64,000 nucleotides of DNA from positions 1 through 64,000 of the forward strand of contig FLMG01002747.1 in the NCBI GenBank assembly GCA_900088475.1, written 5' to 3'. The notes under the pieces were generated by a model that searched no databases, was not told the origin of the DNA, and was given only the letters and a program-made list of their open reading frames with translations. The stretch is from Hyphochytrium catenoides (lineage: Eukaryota; Protista; Hyphochytriomycota). Made by a program: the position numbers and the translations under genes. Shown one piece after another: positions 36,345-50,216 of the stretch. Each line of letters begins with the position of its first letter. The first letter of the stretch is position 1.

Positions 36345-38683
36345 ATGGCGTTCTCTCTCCTCCGGCGGATGATTGTCTACCCTTCCCATGCCACATTCAG
36401 CTTGCTGCTGAGAGGCAGAAGAGGTCTTGCTTCTGCTGCTGGAGTCTCAGAGACGAAGAATAAGAAGAAGCGGTCGACACCTGCCACCCGATACTTGATT
36501 GTGGATGGCTATGCTGCAGAGGGGAGATTAGAGCTAAAGGCTGGAGGTCGTCGCCCTTCCCATCTCTGTTTAGCTCTCTCGACTGGCTATCTGTCCCACT
36601 GCATCATTTCCTCATTCTCTCTCTCTGGATATATACGTATGTGCCCTTCTGTCTCTTCCGGGTTCTTCTCTCGTCCTTGTCTCTCCGCGACAGGCACTCT
36701 CTCCAGCGTAACGCTTTCAAGTCTCTTCTTTTTCTGTTGGTCAAACGCTCTCTACCGGACCGTCAGATTGAGGCCCATCCATTTCTTTGACAGTGTCCCT
36801 GATCGTCCACTGGCTCTTTCCCACCGTTGAATCCACTGTCCGCTGGGCTATGGTTGTCTCCTGTCTCTCTGGCTTCCAGATCTCACATGCACTATTCCAA
36901 TGACTGCGTAGGAGCTTCGCCAGCACACATTCTTTTCGACCAGATGCTGCAGCGCTACACTCCTGGTCCTACAGAGTGTGACGTGCTCTTTCCGTCTGAC
37001 CCTGGGTACAGAGAGCCAGACCTTCATAAAGTAAGGGAACTTCTCTCTTTTCTCATTATTCTCTTTTTCCTCCTCTCCTCTCTTAATCTCTCACACTTCA
37101 CGTCTTATATCTTTGGCTTCTCTGTCTCTCATCTTGTCTCTCCGTAAGCCACCCATCTTGTGCTTTGACGCTCGATGTCCTCGTCTTTCAAAACTCTGTC
37201 CCGATCTTATCTCTAACAATGCCAACGTCTGCAGTATCACGGCGTAGCTTGGACGGGATGCTCTTTGTGCATCTATTCAGAGGAAGAACGGGTCACTCGG
37301 CAGATCGAGCTCGCAAGGAAGATCTTCGGACTCGGTAAGGGAGACGACAGACACTTCAAAGTCTAACACTAACGTGCTCTCTGTTCTCGTTGTCTTGCTT
37401 CGACGACAAGATCATGTGCCCACCTGACTGCTTAGCTTTCTCTCCCTCTCAAGTTGCTGCCACGGTCTGACTCTGGCCTGGCGTTCGCAACCATTCTTTT
37501 TGTTCCCTCGCCCTAGCAGGCTTTGGGTCATATTATATGTGACGACGAAGCTATTTTATCGCATTCGCAGAGCCTCCTGTCAGATCACAGAGCTCGTTCT
37601 CCTTCTTTCCCTCAAATGTTCCTGTCAAGTTGATAAGACATCCCTTGATAGATTCTCATCGGTGTCATCTTCATCTTCTTTCATGGCCGATAGCTCTGCC
37701 CCCTGCCAATGACAGACATGAACTTTCGTCTTCTTTTGTGCTCAGGCATCCCTCAATTTGGTAGCTGTTGGGCTGTGCAGATAGCAGTTGCAGCTTCCGG
37801 TGGCCGCTGCGCCAAAAATCCTGCTGGTATATATTCCTAGGCATTTTCTGCTTCTGGACTCTCTCCCATCTTCCACAAGGTGTCTCTCAATCTCCATTGC
37901 CCCACTGCTCTAAAGAGGTTAGCCCTGTTGCACTCCTTCGGCATTCTCTCCTTTAGTCAGAATCAACTCTCTCACGTTGTAACAATATCTAATGTGTCCT
38001 GTCCTGTCGGTACCGCCCGGCCGTCCCCCTGCGCACATATGGGATAATCTCCGTTACGTAGGTAGAGAAATGGGTTTCGCTCGAAAAATCGCTCTCACTC
38101 CTGAGGGCCGAGGCCATCCTCTTTTTCACAACCGCTCTTCTGTCTTTGACGCCTTCACATCGCATGAGGACGAAGTCACACATACAGCTCCAGGAACTAT
38201 TGTCTTGGCGGGGAACCCGTGGACCAGAGTTCAGGCCGCAGTAGTCAAGTACCTCAAGGCAAGACCGCAAGAACAAAGAGAGAACAGACCAGCAGTGGCT
38301 TTCCGTTTCTCTATGCCCCGCTCCCTACTTGCTAATTGTCTTTGTTGCCCCTCTTACTTCCCCAGCCTATTGCTGAACTATGTTTCTCCTGCTAGGGCGA
38401 GTTCTGGGGTCTCCAATATCATCCAGAATATAACCTCAAGGAGTTGGCGCGGCTTACCTATTGCAGAAGAGAGAAGCTGACACGAATGGGATTCTTTCGC
38501 AGTGTGGAAGATGCCGAGGAGTACGTCAGAGAGCTTGAGGAGCTGTATGAGAATCCGAAGAGGAAAGACCTGCGATGGAAGTATAACATTGATGATGATG
38601 TCCTAGAGGATGTGGTGAGGTGCAATGAGGTTATCAACTGGATTAACTTTCAGGTATCCCCTTATAGACAGCAGAAGCTTTAG
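36345..38683 (+). CDS. Stand-alone class I glutamine amidotransferase (GMP-synthase-like GATase domain) with a putative mitochondrial presequence, 6 exons
   Basis: Spliced product: YLIVDGY, GVAWTGCSL, IPQFGSCWAVQ (nucleophile Cys), GREMGFARKI, FTSHEDEV, FWGLQYHPE (His-Glu). N-terminus is Arg-rich and acid-free (...RGRRGLASA). Confidence 0.88.
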
Positions 38684-38889
38684 AATAGGGAGAAAAGAAG
38701 CTTTAGGGTAGGGAGAAAAGACGGCCAAGAACAGCGACAGAAAGAGTCATAAGGAATGCAAATAAAGACAGTGGAGCCTTTTTAACGACCGATCGGGAGA
38801 ACTGTTAGGTGTAAACACTATGGGCAGCAAATAATGGAGGAGAAAAGGTAAAGAGATGAAGTGCCCTCTGTCCTAGCGTCTGCTGTTTG

Positions 38890-40113
38890 CTAGGACACTG
38901 TCTTGACCTTGAGAGAGTCTCTTAGTGTCAACGCTCGTAGTAAGCATTCCTCGACTCCGTCACAGAGGTCTCCTTCAGTCTGTCTTCTCGTCAGCACTTC
39001 GGAAGGGAGAAACCATCGAGCGTCTAGCGCATCGTCTGCCGGGAAAAGGGATGGAAGTGGCGTAGGAACCTCAGTCATGATGTGAGAGATTACATAGTGG
39101 AAATCAACCACATGAGAAGTCATGCTGCGAGTGATGGCATCCGTCGTGTAAAAGAAAAGATAGTTGTCCTTGAGGTCAACCTGGAAGAGGGTGATGGGAG
39201 AAGTAAGAGGCGGAACATCATCGGAGGGTTCTCAAAAAACTATGGAAGAGGGAGAAAAGAGGAAAAAGGTATAGAAGACCAAGGGTCATTGACGATCAAG
39301 CGCTAGGAGAAGAATTGGCACATGTCAGCCAAGGAACGACCATCGACGAGGATAGAGCAGCTGGAAGAGGAGGGCGAGTCAGGAGAGAGCAGACACACGA
39401 AGTAGAAACTTCATTTGGAAAGCAGAGCAGAAAGTAGAGTGTGAAGTGATATGGAAGAAGCAGCGCTTCTCTAAAAGAGAAGAACCGGCGATGGTCAGCT
39501 CGCGACAACCTCAAAAGGTTGGTCGCCCGACCTGATGCGGAGGCCAATGAGGAGAAAAGAACGTTGGAGAGGGAACTTGAGCTGACCTTAAGTCCTGTCT
39601 CTTCGAGTAGCTCTCGTTGTCCTGCATCCAGCGTACTCTCTCCCCATTCTACCTTGCCCCCAGGGAAAGCCCAGAGGCCAGCGGCGGGAGGCTTTTTCCT
39701 CCTGATCAGGAGAACTCTATCGCCACTAAAGACCGTCACCGCCACGCCCACCTTGGGAGCCTTGGTAGCTTGACAAAAGCCATCAGAATACTGTTAAGCT
39801 CCACCTATCCTCCGCTTACTTCTGCCCCTTTACCCACTTACACTCTGCTATACCATGATCATCGAGTCATGCAGCGCTCTTTGCCGTGACTTGTGCTACT
39901 TCCCTTTGACCGCTTACAGCTAGTGTCTACCGCTATGACAGCTCCAGACGGACTAATCCTACCATTTATATTCCTCGCTTGACTCTTGAAAGCTGTGGTG
40001 TCTCCAGTATCCTGACCTAGCGTCTTTCCGCAAGAGGAACTCATGAACGCGAGACCTCTCACCCTTCGACCTGACAGAGCCGATCCTCTAAGAGCAGCCC
40101 ACCAACACGCCAT
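38890..40113 (-). CDS. Nudix hydrolase (MutT/ADP-ribose pyrophosphatase-like); exons 40113-39963, 39768-39587, 39180-38890
   Basis: Complete Nudix box GGKVEWGESTLDAGQRELLEETGL; PKVGVAV..VLLIRR..WAFP; C-terminal FHYVI..ADDALDARWF. Exon 1 is less certain. Confidence 0.88.
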
Positions 40114-40907
40114 TTATCATCGTCTGCGCTGTACACTGCAAGGTCAGTCACTACTCCCTCACAGAAGCTACTAATAAGAAGACATCTCAACTGTCATGGG
40201 CATGCAGCAGGCTTGCCCCTTGCTTGGCAAGGCCCAGATCTCAGATCCCAGATTCCACATCGGGGAATATAGAGATCATCGCCCCTGCAGATCTTCATCA
40301 CCGTGAAGCTTTTGATCGCTCCGAAGACTGCAAACATAAGGGAAGCTATCCCTTCACACGGGGGTCAGAATAGCGCTAGTAACTCAGTACAAAGACCTAA
40401 TATACCGTCCAAAGGGGACAAGATACCCCATTTCGTCGCATCCTTCAAGTTAGCTACCTCTTATATTCATATTACACGGTGCTTATACTTGTTCTCCTAT
40501 TTCTGAAGACCAATGGAAGTATTATAGGCTAGTTGTAATGTTATAACACTGAACAAGGAGCCACGTTTGACCCAGTATATTCGTATATGTAGAGATTTTG
40601 TGCGCGAAATGGTGAATGTCCTTTAGCTTGTTCGTGGATTATCCTCACGTTTCCAAGAGCTCGAGCTCGAGTGTCTGTGCGAAGCTCTGGTGATGGGAGA
40701 AGAGCAGGGCATACAGAGACTGGCAGAGCTTTGCCTAACAGGAGAACTGATAGAGGAGGATCCACCTTATCGAGCCTGGCGGGCAGCTAAAGCTTGTCTA
40801 TTGAGATTGCAGCGGCAGCCACGGTCGGGGCTCAGAGACCGTCGACTTGTGCAAATTCTAGCCTTTGTAGCCCGCAACTTGTTCGTGTCATTGCGTTTGG
40901 GGAAAAG

Positions 40908-43900
40908 ATGAAGAACCGCATGACCGTCGTAGATGTCAAGGTGATGGTGGAAGAGCTGAAGGAGAAGCTCGTTGGCATGCGGTGCGCGAATGTCTATGAT
41001 TACAATCAGAAGACCTATATGTTCAAGATGGCGCTGCCAGATAAACCGAAGATCTTCCTGCTCATGGAGTCAGGCATTAGATTCCACGCCACCGACTATG
41101 CCAGGTGACTGCCGCTCTTCTGCAGCGTTGCATTGGTCTATAAGAAGTATCACCGTTCCTCCCAAGTTCGGAGCTGATGAGAATATGTTGCTCCTCAACC
41201 GCGCCTGTGGAGCCTAGTATCTGCTTTTTTATAGAGCGCCGATAAGTCTTTGAGGCTTGGCTCACCCTCTTTGGCCCTCCCATGCTTTTCTTGCTCTTGG
41301 CTTAGGACCAGCCTTACGATCTTCTGAATGTCTAACCACTTCTCTACTAAAAACTCTTTTGGCAGAGAGAAATCAGACATCCCGTCAGGCTTCAGTATGA
41401 AGCTCCGTAAGCACATCCGGACCAAGAGATTAGAGAATGTACGACAATTTGGGATGGACCGCGTTGTCGATTTCCAGTTCGGTCTAGGAGAATCTGCCTT
41501 CCATGTGATACTGGAGCTTTACGCCTCAGGGAACATCATCCTCACAGACAGCAACTATGAGATCCTGAACCTGCTTCGAACCCACAAGTACGAAGAAGAT
41601 GTCGCTGTGGCGGTCCGTCAAGTGTATCCCATCTCTCATGCTGCAGATGGAAAGATAGAGCACATGCTGGAGGGTGAAGAGACAGACGACCAAGGCAAAA
41701 GAGTTTACCTCTCTGAGGAAGAGGTTGACGCTGCTGCCAGTCTGGCAGATATAATAAAGAGCATAAGTCCCACGCTGCTTGTGCGCTGGCTGCTGAAGAG
41801 AGCTTCAGAAATGTCAGCAGGGAATAGCGGAAACGCCAGGCAGGAGATTGATGCAGACAGTACCACTAAGGACAAAGGCAAGAAGCAGAAGGACAAAGGG
41901 AAGAAAGATTCTGAGAAAGCAAAGAAAGAGCAGGATAAGAAGCAAGCAAAGAAGCTAAACTTGAAGCAAATACTCTCATCCAAAGGCTCGGGCGTAGAGG
42001 CTTTTGGCCCAGTCGTGGTGGAGCATTGCCTCGTCTCTGCAGGTGAGCTTCGCCGCAGCTAAACCCTCTCCTATTCTGAAGCATCNNNNNNNNNNNNNNN
42101 NNNNNNNNNNNNNNNNNNNNNNNNNNNNNNNNNNNNNNNNNNNNNNNNNTCTACTTCCTTACTTCTCCGCTCAAGTCGGAATAATCCTCCCCCTTGAATC
42201 CGCTTCTTGACAACTGGACAACAGCGTCAACCCTTCGTCTCTCATCATGCGCTTGAATCAGCCGCTAAGAATGATCCCACAGGTCTCAAGCCAAACTTGA
42301 AGCTCACGAAAGCTGAAGATATTCCTGAGGAGAATGCAACGAAACTCCTGGAAGCACTTAGAGCCGCCCCGAGGCTTATAGAGTCGTTAGGGTCAGCAGC
42401 CAAAGATACTTCCTCTTCTCATTCTTCTTCGAGAACAGAGGGCTTCATTATCTTGACGGACGTGGTCAATGATTCTCAGCAGGTATGTCTGGCAGGTGCT
42501 AGTCTCCTCTTTTTACGTACGGGGGAGCTTCGAAGAGGACAGCAGAGCGACGACTGCTCAGCAAAGCTCTATTTATCGTCGTTATGGTTGGCGTTACAGC
42601 GTTCTGTCTCTTGGCAGCTCCTTACGGCGCTCTCAACAGGCGCGAATTGAATCGATGGACGGATCAAAGTTAGGAAAGGAGCAAGAGGGCGAGAGCGCTT
42701 TATATGAGGACTTTGTCCCTTACCTGTTTGCTCAATACCACGGTATGTTAGAAGGCTGTACTACCTAAAATTGCTTTGGAACGTCCCTTCGGACTGCTGC
42801 CACTCTGTGATCTCTTTAACATCATTTGCATCTAATCTTTACCTTGATTGACAGCCTGCGCATCGATGTTAATTCACCTTTCTTGATAAACAACCCAGGG
42901 TGCAAGTACATCCAGTTCCCTTCTTTCGGTGCCGCCGTGGATGAATACTTCTCTCGCATTGAATCTCAGCAGGCAGCAGTTAAGCGAGCGGCGGCAGAGA
43001 AAGCAGCCTTGCAGAAGGTATAGTTTGAAAGGGCTTCCCTCTTGCCATCCCTTCTCTATCCAAAGCTTGTATAGCTTCAATGAGATCCATGTACCTCTAT
43101 GTTAGACTGTATCTCATGCATTATAGGGAAACAAAGAGCATCTGCATCTCAGCACCTCTTAAACATTTCCCCATTGACGAGATTATGTTGGAGTCGGTCT
43201 TTTATGGCCGCGTTTGGCTCTCGTTGCTCAACGGGCTGTCTGACCTTTAACATTCTTCGTGAAGGTGGAGCGTATCCGTCAGGACCATCAATCCCGTATC
43301 AAGTCGCTAGATGAGGCTCAGAACGAGCTGAAAAGGAAGGCTTATCTTCTGGAGTACCATCAAGAAGACGTAGAAAAGGCTCTTTTAGGTACTGTTGCTT
43401 TATCTACCCGCATTCACTAGTGCCCCACTTCGCCCTCTGCTGTCTTTTTAAGCTTGTTTCTGTATGATCTTTCTTGTCTCTTAATGTGGCGCGTAAGGGA
43501 AGAGGGCATTAAAGTCACCGACATGTGGCTAGTTGGGACCTGATAAGAGAGAAGAATGGAAGACTTCTTCAAAGCGGGTGAAGAGCAGTTTAAAGATGTG
43601 TGAGATGTGTGCGAGATCCGCGATGGAGATGGACGAGGGGAGGGAGTTTCCTTGTTTTTTGCAACTTTTTATCGTCTCTTCTGCGGGATATCGTGTCGCT
43701 ATTCTCGCTGTCCTTCGTCTCTTACCATTCTCCAAAGTCCTGCGCAGTGCAGTGGAACATGGGGTTAATTGGAACGATCTATGGGAGATGGTGAAGCAAG
43801 AGCAGAAGAGTGGGCGCAACCCCGTGGCCAACCTTATTTTTAAACTCAAGCTTGCGGAACGGAAAGCTACCCTGATACTGGTAGGACAGTGAAAGAAGCC

Positions 43901-46900
43901 TAAGGTCTCCTGTAGATTTGCAATGTGCTTCCCCAGAAAAAATGCTTCTGTGCATCTTCCCTTCCATGGATGACAATAACCTCTGGCCGGCTCTTCTCTA
44001 GGTGGATGACGAAAGCGAAGGTGACGCCCCTGCGGTCCTGGTAGATGTAGATATATTCAAGTCCGCCTTCGCAAACGCTAGAGACCAGTACTCCTCCAAA
44101 AAAATTGCGGCGGTAAAGGCAGAGAAGACAAAACAAGCCTCGGAACAGGCCATTAAGCAAGCTGAAATAAAGGCTGAGAAAAGCTTGGAGGAGCAGGTTC
44201 GTCGTCCATTGTCCTTTGCTTTGCTAGACTCCTCTGGTTAGCCTCATCCTCAAAACGTGAGAGGCTTTGTGCCTTTTTTGTCTCATCAAGTTTCGCGGCC
44301 TTGCGGGACTTACACCGACGGCTATGCTACTTGACGCTGTTCTTGGGGACATATATCGCTCGAATTTTTCATTGATCTGTCTGGATTGGGCGCCTTAGCT
44401 CTTCTTCCCTTTGTTCTCAAAGTGTCCAGCCTTCGAGCTTCCTTATGGTTTGGGTACCTGACCCTCGTACTCCCAGGAAAAGAAACGCACCATCCAGCAA
44501 CTACGGAAAGTCTACTGGTTTGAGAAGTTTCATTGGTTTATTACTTCGGAGAACTATCTAGTGCTGTCAGGACATGATGCCCAACAGAACGAACTTCTAG
44601 TGAAGCGTTACATGAGGAAAGGGGATGCCTACATACACGCTGATTTGCACGGAGCTTCCTCCTGCATCCTGAGGAACATCAACCCCAGTCTCCCTTTGTC
44701 GCCTCTGGCTCTCGAAGAAGCAGGGGCTCTCGCAGTGTGCAGGAGTGCCGCTTGGTCTGCGAACATGTCAGCAAATGCGTGGTGGGTCCATCCAGATCAG
44801 GTAACACCCATATCCATGAGCCACAGACAGAGAAAAACTGAGGCCCTTCCTGTCCTGGCTTGTCCGTAACTGCTTCACATCTCATCCCTTTTCCCTGGAC
44901 ATCTGAACCCTTTTTCGGTACAAGAAGTAGATCCTAACAGCAGCTGGGACTGTAGGTGTCTAAGACAGCTCCGTCTGGAGAATACCTTACGACCGGTAGC
45001 TTTGTTATTAGAGGAAAGAAGAACTATCTCTCACCAGTCAAGCTGGAAATGGGGCTGGCACTCCTGTTCAAGGTTTTTCATTGATAAAGGCATCTACCCT
45101 TGTGTCGTCCTACATCACATCTTTCTTTCACCCCTGTCTGTCTCTGCACAGTATCAGGTGCTGTAGGCATTTCTAGACTAAGTAGATCCCGTCGTCTATG
45201 ATGTCATCCCATATAATAGGTTGATGAGACCAGTGTGCTTCGCCATCTGGCAGATCGACAACCCCGAGGTTTAGCGGATGATGAATCCACTGTTGAAAGC
45301 TTAGCACGCGGAGTTCAAACTCGCCAAAGTAAGACAGCTGTCGCTGCTCATGGTATATTGACCTTATTCCCGCTCCATCTACAGTTTTGTTCTCTTGGCA
45401 CTTTCGTACGAAATCTCTGCTAGCACTTTCACTCTTCTCTCCTCTTGCGCTAGTCTTTCCTATCCCAAAGGTGGTGCCTAGTCTTCAAGTTTCTCAGTTG
45501 CCTTAGCACTTCCTTAACTCTAAAAGTAGATCTAGCAGGCGCAGAGGAAGACGAAATGGACGACAGTGAGGAGACTAATGTAGCAGAAGGGGAAGAAACA
45601 TCTCTAGAAACGGACGAAGCTCAAACAGCCGGCGAACACACGGAGGTCCTAGAGAAGAAGGGGCTGACGAGCGACCAAGCAAAACTAGTTGAGAATACTC
45701 AGGGTCTGCAGTTAGAGGACATGGAAGAGGAAAGAGAACACGAAAGAAACGAAAAAGAGGGAGGAGATGGTGACAATGACGAGGAAGAAAGTGTGCCGGA
45801 AGCTGGAAGGAGCGAGTCACAAAGCGGAGATGACGAGGAAAACGGCCTAGTCGGATCCCGAAATGGGGGAGAGGATAGAAGTGGAGGAGAACAACAAGGA
45901 AACGACGGGAAAGGAAAGAGAATATCTGCCAAAGAGAGAAAGTTAATGCGCAAGGGTCTGACCTTAGAACAAGCTAGAGAGCATGTAGCACGGCAGGTCA
46001 AAGAGCAAGACACAGACGATAGAACCGTTGCTTCAGTCACAGCGAATACTTCCGAGCCCAATCTAGCCCAGAAGAGAGGAAAGAAAGGAAAGATGAAGAA
46101 GCTCAAGAAATATGCTGATCAGGATGAAGAAGACCGTCTGCTCATGATGGAAGCACTAGGAAACCCCTCGAAGAAAGATGAGGAGAGAAAACAGAAGGCC
46201 CAGGGAGACGGTCAGAAAGGAAGATTTGAAAAGGGTAACAAAGCAGTAGTTCCGCCGTCTTCAGAAAGCGCTCAGACTGACAAGCGGGAGGGAGCGCCTG
46301 AGGGCTACAAGCGACCTTCACGGGCCGAAAAGAGAATGGCCAAGGTAGGTCAGAGAAGAGAACAGCTAGTTCGGTGCACTATGCCTGGTATAATTGCACA
46401 GGATAAAGTATCTCTCTCTCAAGCTCCTCGATCTACCCTCCGTCTCCGTCCCGTCCTCTCTTTTCCCTCTCTTTCCTACGGATTTGGTCCGCTCTCACAC
46501 CCTACACTCCCCAGGAGAAAGAGGAGGAAGAGGTCAAGCAGATCTTGGAGGAGGAGAATGAAATGGTAGAGCTCCCAGAAGGAGAGAAAGTGGATCTTCT
46601 CCATTTCTTCATTGGCACCCCTCTACCTGAAGACATGTTGCTCTTCGCCCTTCCTGTATGCGCTCCGTACTCGGTTGTCAGGAACTATAAATACGCTGTG
46701 AAGCTTACACCTGGGACAGGAAAGAAGGTATTTGAAAGCTTCTTGTTTCTTTCTCTTTTATCTGCTGCCTCCATTGGTCGCTAACCCTCTTTCGTTGTTC
46801 TGGTCCACTTTTGCCCGTGGTTGTCGTCGGATAGTCTTCTCTCTCCGTATCTCCGTGGGACCACCCGTAACACATCCGCTCTCTCTTTTCCACCACTGAC

Positions 46901-47162
46901 ACTTTTCTGATCCTGCTTTGCTCTCAAACTCCTTCCCTTTTTCTCCATCTTGTAGGGCAAGGCAGCCAAGCAGATTATGGAGCTCTTCACCCGGTCGCCA
47001 GGCATAAGCAAGCGAGAGAGGGAGCTTATGCATGGTATCACGGATAACGAGATGGTCTCGACCATCATCAGCAATGTAAAGGTATCGGCCCCAGGTTTGC
47101 AGGCGATGAAGAGCAATCAGAAGAAGCAACAGAAGCAGAAGGCGAAGAGTAAAGGCAAATAA
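40908..47162 (+). CDS. NEMF: Ribosome quality-control subunit NEMF/Rqc2 (NFACT-N, coiled coil, NFACT-R, NFACT-C)
   Basis: [153 protein letters not shown]. Confidence 0.96.
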
Positions 47163-47671
47163 CTCCGTTCAGCTAATAGCACAAGAGATTCCAAAAGAAG
47201 TAGATGTCAGAAAGAAGTATTTGTCAAGCTTGAGAGTACGTCGGCGAAATTTTTGAGAAGAATGTGCAAATGTGGACGGTGAGATGCGACTCGCTAGTAG
47301 ACGGAACGAGTCCTCCAAGAGAGCAAAGCCATGCAGCGCAGCTTAGGAGAGAGTTGGAACATGAACTATCAATAACTTGCGAAATGGAAAGCAAAGTGGA
47401 AAGTGGACCCAACAGACAGGATGCAGGGGTCGCCAGTTTCATGATGACTGCACCTAAGACATTGACAGCAGCTCATGAAGGGACACCAGAACTAGCCGAC
47501 AAAGAAGAGAGAGAGAACCTTCATAACTAGGAAGAAGCCTTTCAGCAGAAGCATCCACCAATCAAGCTGAGAATTATAGAGACTGACTTGAAGTGGAGAC
47601 TCTATGATATGCTATGGACGACAATCAAAGCTATTGATGTTTACAGGACTATGTACAATGCTCTTGCCTCT

Positions 47672-49656
47672 CTAGGAGTGTGTCGGCAGGACGTTGAAGA
47701 AATGATACACCTCTTCCTCATCCAAAACGCCGACCTCAGTGCCGCACTCCCCACAGCTCACGCGGCGGACCCCGTCTTCAGCAGACTTTGCACATACGGA
47801 CAGTAGAGAGGAGAGTTAGGGGGGAAAACCAAGGAACCTTCAAGAGAGGATGAGCATCGGCAGAAGGCATGTACTAAGAATGAGCCATGTCACGGAGGGA
47901 GAATACTGTAACAGTGAGCTCGCCTTATAAGTAGACACAAGCTAACGCAACTTTCTCAGCTTAGACCAGCGAAGATGCAGGAGGAGCACGAAGTGAAATA
48001 GATGGGAAACCTGTGTCTCAGTGGACTCGTCATCCTTCTTCCGCTTGGTTGCTCCCTTTCGTTCTCCGTCTCTCGTCTGAGCGCTCGGTCTACCTCCCAC
48101 GTGGCAGTTAATAGCAAAGACAGCACGCCATTGATTGAAGTACCGCTCATGCCTAAAAGCTCCATATCAATCAGACTAAAGTCATCAAGTTGGTAGGAAG
48201 GCAAAGGAGAAGACTCAAGGCTCAACGCGCGGCTAAACATGAACTGACAGCAAACTGTTTGCTTTTGTCAGGAAGGGCAATGCGGAAGTGTGCAAAAAGG
48301 CGGGACGCATCACTCTTTACATTTGGCAGTCCATGCAAACAATGGAAAAGCAGCAAGGGCAGCTCAGAACCGCGTCCGACGCTTCAGGCTTCGTCTCCGC
48401 CTTTGAGACTCCAGCACCTGAAAGAAGGGAAGGTCCATGGTAGAAGAAAAGGATAGAAGAGGAAGAGGAGTCAGAGGACCAAGGAACCACAATATTCGAG
48501 ACATAGAGACATGGGGACAGAGCAGTAGACATAGAGACATTCGGGCGTGGCGGGAAAGATAAGTAAGGGGAGACAGACGGATAGGAACAGGCCATGCACC
48601 GCAAGGTGGGGTTGCCCAGCAGTATGGGGATAGTCAGACGCTACTTACGCAGCTCCCTAGCCACCCATGCAGCGTCCTCATCGTCAAGCTCTTCTCCATA
48701 GAGCTCATCAGGGCCCTCAAACATAAACTCCTTCTTCTTCTTCTTTCCCTTTTTCTCTTTCTCTGGCTCATTGAATCTAGGAGGCAACGGCGCACCTCCC
48801 TTAGCAGGGCCAGCGCCTCTTTCTGCACCTATACAGACGAAGAAACCGTCAGGTCCTTGTCCTTGAAGTGAATTTTCTTCTTGCCCAGTGTCCCCTTACC
48901 CTTGTCATCCGATTTAGTCTTACTGGAAGAGCTACTACGAGGGCCTACAATAGTAAAGATGGCAGATGAGAAGAACTCGACAAGGTCGAAGAGACAGAAC
49001 GAATGCAAGGAGGTAGGGATTGCGGGAGTCAGACGGAGGAGGACAGGGTAGCAATTTCTGATGTCAAGCAGAGGAAACAGATACATGTGCCGAGAGAGCG
49101 GAAAGGATGACGACGCAGGGAGCAAAGAAAGAGACGGCCTAAGGCCAAAAGCCTTTACCGTCCTTTGCGCCTAAATTCCACCGTCGCGGCTCCGCGCCAA
49201 CCGCGACATGTCCTGCCGCAAGGCTGACACTGTCTAGCGAGGCTTCTAGGGACTTTAGACGTGACTGTAACTGCCGGCGCAGCGCATCCTCCTCTTTTCT
49301 CTCCCTCGGTTGCTCTGATATCGCTGCTTCATCTTCATTTCTCTTAAACGAGAGACCATCAACAACAATGAGGCGAGGCCTGAAAAAATTATGGTAACAA
49401 AGAGACCTCACCACTGTCGTTCCAGGCTCTACGGATGAAGGAACAGAGCTCCCTGCATCATCCGTCCGGCGGTACTTAGAGGGACCTACGCCATGACAAG
49501 CAGGACAGGGATTCTGAGCCTAGAGAGAACTAAAGCCAATGGGTGTTGGAGAGTGTAACCTGAGCCGGCGAGCCCAGTTGGTCTGGTTTGGCCCTCTTCT
49601 GCATCATCCACATCGCTGTAGTCCGTCGCACTGTCCTCCTCTTCATAGTAACTCAT
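47672..49656 (-). CDS. EAPP: E2F-associated phosphoprotein (EAPP) homolog, multi-exon
   Basis: Spliced exons give DELYGEELDDEDAAWV, SDAVLSCPCCFSIVCMDCQ|MHERYFNQWRAVFAINC and VSCGECGTEVGVLDEEEVYHFFNVLPTHS*, the characteristic EAPP C-terminal domain. Confidence 0.9.
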
Positions 49657-50216
49657 TGCACGTACCAACGTCTTGCGAACATTAGCTTATGCATGGCATC
49701 TCTAGAACAGAACGAGCGCCTGCCGTAGTGCGTAAAGTTGGGCAACTGCACCCAGACGTCAAGCTCCACCAGCCCAAGAAGCTTGTCAGTTGGCAGATCT
49801 CAATAAATAATGGAGATTCTGTGTTGGCAATGGTCTAAGTTGCGAAGATTCTGCGAACAGCAAGGACACTCCGATCCCCAATAATGGCCCAATTCCTATT
49901 CTAATAACAAATATATTGGTTCCAATTTACGATTTTGGTAAGAATGCTCCAAAAGACCTGCTGTAAAAGGGATCGGAGGATGATTGTGAAGCTTCATGAA
50001 GCTCATCGCCCCCCTGACAGTTGCTATTCAAGGTGTCAAGCTGCCTCATTGGCACCATAGAGGAGGACTCTGCGGATTGTGAGAGAACGAGAAAAACAGA
50101 TATAAGACGCTTAGCTGCCCGTCCATGTCAAAAGACAAGATCTGGCCTTGAGCTGGCGGGCAGTGAAGAAAAGAAGTGACAGGACGAGTGTGATTGAGAC
50201 TCTTGATCGACCCCTA

